Shown: in pieces, positions 27,681 to 32,000 of the stretch | Numbering within the stretch: the stretch's first letter is position 1 | Layout: each line of letters begins with the position of its first letter | NCBI RefSeq assembly: GCF_000018785.1 | Contig: NC_010163.1 | Location: 720,001 to 752,000 of the forward strand | Origin: Acholeplasma laidlawii PG-8A | Lineage (GTDB): Bacteria > Bacillota_I > Bacilli_A > Acholeplasmatales > Acholeplasmataceae | Direction: 5' to 3' | DNA: 32,000 nt | The notes under the pieces: generated by a model | The model's database searches: none | What the model was told of the DNA's origin: nothing | Seen by the model: only the letters and a program-made list of their open reading frames with translations | Made by a program: the position numbers and the translations under genes

Positions 27681-28688
27681 TTAATATTTAGTATTTTTTA
27701 AACAGGAATCACGAACTACAATTTTAGTATCAATTACAATAGGTTCAAGCATTCTAATATGCTTGTCTAACATTTCAATGAGTGCTTCACTTGCACGTAA
27801 TCCAATTTCCTCATAGTCTTGCCTAATCGTTGTAAGTTGAGGTGTAGTGATTTCACAAATATCTAAATCATCAAAACCTATAATCGAAACATCTTTAGGT
27901 ACATGATAACCATGATTGTTGAAAAATTGTATTGCGCCCATTGCCATTAAATCTGAGACTGTACATACAGCATCTGGTAACCCATAAGCCTCAAATAGAG
28001 CTTTCATTGTCTGGTAACCTTCATGGAATGTATAAGACTCATTACTTCTATTTTTTAAGTATAATGGTTCAAGTCCTTTTTCTTTCATAAAGTCTAAATA
28101 GCCTCTTAAACGTTCTAAACCTATGAAATTTTGATAACTCCCGTTAATAAAAGCTATTTTACGGTGTCCTAACTCGTATAAGTAGTTGCATGATTTTCTA
28201 ATTGCACTGTAAGAATCAGAATAAATTGTATTGTGAATAGCTTCTTTTGGATCTAAGGATAACACAGCTAAATCACTATTAAATAGTTTTTTTACAGCTT
28301 CGTAAGACTCGTCTGTTGAAATAACTAATACGGCATCTACATTTTTTGAATGACTATGCTTTAAATAGTCAAGTTTACTTTCCGTGTTATTTGATAATAG
28401 TAAAATATCATAACCTTTGGATTGAATATGTTTTCTAAAAGATTCTAAAACAGCAGCAAAGAATAAGTTTTTTAAGCCGGATTCAACCTCATAAACAATG
28501 CCTATTGTATTTGCTCTTTTAAGTACTAAGCTTTGAGCAGCAGCATTTGGGGTATAACCCATTTGTTCCGCTATTTTTTTAACTCTGTTTCTAGTTTGAT
28601 CACTAATTTCTTTATAGCCATTTAGTGATTTTGAAACTGTAGATATTGATACACCTGCTGCACGAGCAATTTCACCAATAGTTACCAT
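27681..28688 (-). CDS. LacI-family transcriptional regulator
   Basis: N-terminal HTH TIGEIARAAGVSISTVSKSLNGYKEISDQTRNRV, periplasmic-binding-like sensor domain. Confidence 0.95.
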   Translation of the reverse strand: MVTIGEIARAAGVSISTVSKSLNGYKEISDQTRNRVKKIAEQMGYTPNAAAQSLVLKRANTIGIVYEVESGLKNLFFAAVLESFRKHIQSKGYDILLLSNNTESKLDYLKHSHSKNVDAVLVISTDESYEAVKKLFNSDLAVLSLDPKEAIHNTIYSDSYSAIRKSCNYLYELGHRKIAFINGSYQNFIGLERLRGYLDFMKEKGLEPLYLKNRSNESYTFHEGYQTMKALFEAYGLPDAVCTVSDLMAMGAIQFFNNHGYHVPKDVSIIGFDDLDICEITTPQLTTIRQDYEEIGLRASEALIEMLDKHIRMLEPIVIDTKIVVRDSCLKNTKY

Positions 28689-28702
28689 AATATGAGTCTC
28701 CT

Positions 28703-30553
28703 TTATTGTAATATTGTATAGTTTAAACCATATCCAAAAGGATATCTATAATCACTTGGTTCATAATTTTCATCAAGGACTGTATGGGATGATTGGCTTA
28801 TAGATTTAGGCCATGTAAATGGTAATTTCCCTTTAAAATTATAGTCTCCATAAAGTACATCTGTAATGCCTAAGCCTTCACTGCCTGGTAAAAACAACAT
28901 CACAAATGCATCTAAATATGGAATAACTTCTTCTATTATAAGTGGTTTGCCGGATAATAACAATCCAATTACAGGTTTATTTGTTTGTTTAGCAATATCT
29001 ATAAGTGTTTGATTTGAAGCATAAGATGTATCATCTGTTAAAGATAAGGCTAATGAATCTCCCATCATTTCTGCACTTGGTTTTTCAGAGAAGACGATGA
29101 TAATTTGATCAGCTTTGTCGATATCATTTATGTCCGTATAAATCTGACCATTTGTAACACTCTTAAAGGCATCAACAATCGTAGTGCCTGGAATATTTAG
29201 TTGATCAGAACCTTGCCAGTCTATCGTCCAACCACCAGATTGAATTCCAATATTTTGACTTCCTTTGCCTAATATTAATAGATTTAAATCTTTATTAAAC
29301 GGTAGAAGGTTTTGATTATTTTTAAGCAATACCATGGATTCTCTAACTGCTTTTCTAGCCACATTTAATGCATTTTCACTTCTTAAATCACTTTCTATAG
29401 GTGTTTTTTCATCAAATAAGCCCATTTCATATTTGACGCTTAAAATTCTAGAAACAGCATCGTTTATGCGGTCTATGTCAATACGATCTTCTTCCACACC
29501 ACGTACGATAGCGTCAATGACTTCTTTGAAGTTATGTGGTTGCATCAACATATCAATACCCGCATTAACGCCTTTTATAACGCGTTCATAGAAAGTATTG
29601 GCACGGATATCATCAATACCATTATAATCCCCTATAACAAAACCTTTGAAACCCATTTGATCTTTTAAAATATCTGTGATGAGTTCTTTATTTTCGTGCA
29701 TACGTACATCGTTTAGACTTGAATACGATACCATAATTGATTTTACACCAGCTTCTATAGCGGCTTCGTATAATGGAAAATGAATGGTTTCTAAGTCTTC
29801 TTTAGAAATGGTTGAATTACCTCTGTCTAGTTTATTATCTAAACCAGTACCAAAAGTTGTATAACCATCTCCCACGAAGTGTTTTGCTGAACCAATAACG
29901 CCATAACTTTGAATGCCTTCTATATAAGAAGGTATTAAATTTAATGCGATATCTGGTGACTCACCTAATGTTTCATAAGTTCTACCCCATCTTTTATCCT
30001 TGATAAGTCCTATCGAAGGGGAAAAGTTCATATTCATGCCTGTTTGACCCATCTCATAGGCAGTGATCATACCAATTTCTTTCATTAATTCTTTATTGTT
30101 AGCAGCAGCTAGACCAATATTATGAGGAAATATGGTGGCACCATAAAGATTATTATGACCATGAACTGCGTCCACACCATAGATAATTGGTATTTTTGAT
30201 GAACTTTCTAAGGATGCATTGAGCATATTTTCATACATGGATACCCAACCAAAAGTTGTGTTTGACGATGGCCTGTTACCACCACCATTTAATACGGAGC
30301 CAAGATTTAAGTTTCTTACATCTGTAGGTTTAACACCGGATGCACCATTGTTATTAGAGCGCTCTCCTTGAACCATTTGACCTGCTTTTTCAGCAATCGT
30401 TAATTTATCTAACCACCAGTTTATTTTTTCATTCATAGTTAAATTTGAATCAGGATAATCATTATCATGAATGACTGGTGGTGTGTTATCACAGGATACA
30501 ATCATTACAACAAAGCATATGATGATTGCAATCGTTATTAGTTTATTTTTCAT
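28703..30553 (-). CDS. Glycoside hydrolase family 3 beta-glucosidase-like lipoprotein
   Basis: Lipobox-like VMIVSC at the N-terminus; IYGVDAVHGHN, SAKHFVGDG, GFVIGDYNGID, YPFGYGLNY. Confidence 0.9.
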   Translation of the reverse strand: MKNKLITIAIIICFVVMIVSCDNTPPVIHDNDYPDSNLTMNEKINWWLDKLTIAEKAGQMVQGERSNNNGASGVKPTDVRNLNLGSVLNGGGNRPSSNTTFGWVSMYENMLNASLESSSKIPIIYGVDAVHGHNNLYGATIFPHNIGLAAANNKELMKEIGMITAYEMGQTGMNMNFSPSIGLIKDKRWGRTYETLGESPDIALNLIPSYIEGIQSYGVIGSAKHFVGDGYTTFGTGLDNKLDRGNSTISKEDLETIHFPLYEAAIEAGVKSIMVSYSSLNDVRMHENKELITDILKDQMGFKGFVIGDYNGIDDIRANTFYERVIKGVNAGIDMLMQPHNFKEVIDAIVRGVEEDRIDIDRINDAVSRILSVKYEMGLFDEKTPIESDLRSENALNVARKAVRESMVLLKNNQNLLPFNKDLNLLILGKGSQNIGIQSGGWTIDWQGSDQLNIPGTTIVDAFKSVTNGQIYTDINDIDKADQIIIVFSEKPSAEMMGDSLALSLTDDTSYASNQTLIDIAKQTNKPVIGLLLSGKPLIIEEVIPYLDAFVMLFLPGSEGLGITDVLYGDYNFKGKLPFTWPKSISQSSHTVLDENYEPSDYRYPFGYGLNYTILQ

Positions 30554-30557
30554 ACAT

Positions 30558-32000
30558 TTAACCTAAATATGCATCTATATGACTATATTTTAGATTTCTA
30601 ATATCATCAGCATGTTCACCCAGAATACTATCGCCTTGAATTTTAATACGCTCATTTTGATTGGATAGTGTGTAATGTGTTACATTTAAGTTAAATGTGT
30701 CAACATGATGTGGGTTATGGATAGTAATCGTGATATGAGAAAGGAATTTAAAGGATAACCTACCTTCTTTAAAGAAATCCTTTATAACTTTTGGATTCAC
30801 TTTAAAAGTTAATTTATTTTCTTTATAACTAAAAGGTTGTTTACCTAGAAACATTAAATACATTAAAGTCATAGCTTCTGATGTCGTACCTGTGAGTCTG
30901 GCAACAAAACCCTGACCATGTACTTTTGGATTTGGATTGTTGGATGTAGCAATAAAACTTACATTTTCTAAAGTACTTCTACCATAAACTAAAGGATCCA
31001 TAAAAGGTGGCATACTTGTTTTAATATCTTTGTAAAACTCATCATAAAGACCTGATTTAAACATGCCTATTAAATATTTATAACTCATATGTACAAAAGA
31101 AGACTCACGTTCAAGCCAGCCTTTTGTAAAAGCACGTGCTCGACCAATTTCTAAAGTCTCATCCTCTAAAGATGCAGATGTTTTATATACACCTAAAGTT
31201 TCATCATAAATACCTGATGCTTTTACATGTTGATGTACACTATGAGCATCTATTACATTGAGCATTGATTTTAGATAGTGCGCGGGTGCTTCTAAATAAT
31301 GAGGTAGTGGTCTAACCTTCCAGTTCGTCACATCAATACACTCTAAATTCAAATGAGGATGTCTTAAACCATTTTTTTGATAAGTGGTAGCTTCAAATGT
31401 TAAATAAGTAGGAATTAATCCTTTACCTAGTTCAAATGCATTTTTAATACCCCTATGAATATAGTCATTTAATCGTTCAATCAATGGGATTAATTGGGCT
31501 ATTGTAATATCCACAAATGCATCAGACAGATAGAGGTTTGTTTTTGCATCAAAACTTTCTCTAATGTCTTGTATCTTATCAAATCCATCATCAATATGAT
31601 GAGTTAAGTTCGTAAAAAAATCATATATATCTGATTGAATAGATACAGTTTTAGATTTAAATAGATGACTAAACTCAATTAAGTATTTAAATAATCGAGC
31701 TAAATTTATAGTTTCAGTCGTACCTGATCCAAAAATGGCAGGTAAACCGTTCATTGCATCATTCCAACCAGGTTTTTCGCTATCCATCATTACACCCATA
31801 CCCATTGGGTCTAAACTTGCTGTTTTGATCGTTGCTAAATGTAATAATTTTGAATATAAATTGACTGATACAGTTTTACCGTTTGTAAATTTATGAAAGT
31901 TTGAACCTTGTTTTAAATCTAAAGATTTTACTTTTTCTTTATCTTCATAAAGTCCACCTAATTGACGTGGAAAACCTTCTTTGTTAAGAACATACTTATA
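30558..32000 (-). CDS. GH94-like cellobiose-phosphorylase-type carbohydrate enzyme, C-terminal part; 5' end beyond the window
   Basis: The frame is open from the listed ATG 31805 to base 32000 (YKYVLNKEGFPRQLGGLYEDKEK...). SLDPMGMGVMMDSEKPGWNDAMNGLPAIFGSG resembles the phosphorylase catalytic-domain region. Family call is by pattern only. Confidence 0.6.
   Translation of the reverse strand, partial: YKYVLNKEGFPRQLGGLYEDKEKVKSLDLKQGSNFHKFTNGKTVSVNLYSKLLHLATIKTASLDPMGMGVMMDSEKPGWNDAMNGLPAIFGSGTTETINLARLFKYLIEFSHLFKSKTVSIQSDIYDFFTNLTHHIDDGFDKIQDIRESFDAKTNLYLSDAFVDITIAQLIPLIERLNDYIHRGIKNAFELGKGLIPTYLTFEATTYQKNGLRHPHLNLECIDVTNWKVRPLPHYLEAPAHYLKSMLNVIDAHSVHQHVKASGIYDETLGVYKTSASLEDETLEIGRARAFTKGWLERESSFVHMSYKYLIGMFKSGLYDEFYKDIKTSMPPFMDPLVYGRSTLENVSFIATSNNPNPKVHGQGFVARLTGTTSEAMTLMYLMFLGKQPFSYKENKLTFKVNPKVIKDFFKEGRLSFKFLSHITITIHNPHHVDTFNLNVTHYTLSNQNERIKIQGDSILGEHADDIRNLKYSHIDAYLG

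Noticed and set aside
28720-28740. Palindromic GTTTAAAC near the end of the GH3 gene considered as an operator
   Set aside because: It is inside the last codons of the GH3 gene (GLNYTILQ) and short palindromes are common in AT-rich DNA.
1-32000. Search for CRISPR-like repeats, mobile elements, phage genes, tRNA or rRNA genes
   Set aside because: No spaced direct repeat array, transposase or integrase, phage structural protein or structural RNA gene was recognised by eye; a tRNAscan or repeat finder run would be needed to exclude small ones.

Overview
This 32 kb window is AT-rich, densely packed and mostly minus-strand, and reads as an ordinary chromosomal region of an Acholeplasma-like Mollicute. 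UGA is a stop here: thyA ends in TGA inside an ATGA overlap with folA, and folA also ends in TGA. Most ORFs fit housekeeping families: Kef-type antiporter plus PII-like protein, plsC, folA, thyA, pepV, an SSB-like protein, a YfmF/YfmH M16 pair, deoD, deoC, surE, ileS, sepF, yggS, ychF, ftsZ, tgt, a QueT-type transporter, mutY, a nitroreductase, two fused ABC transporters, a HAD phosphatase, a LacI-family regulator, a GH3 beta-glucosidase and a GH94-like phosphorylase. I see no phage, CRISPR array, transposon, rRNA or tRNA. The best signals are: (1) a +1 frame disruption at an A6 tract that splits the YfmH-like M16 protein; (2) an ileS T-box leader placed directly after the sepF stop; (3) a preQ1-I-like riboswitch on a QueT-type gene, divergent from tgt; (4) a reduced ftsZ-ylm-ileS cluster in a probable wall-less lineage; (5) a Kef-type antiporter paired with a PII-like protein; (6) a short SSB-like protein without the acidic tip; and (7) two conserved-looking proteins of unknown function. 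I found no convincing evidence for a wholly new biological system.
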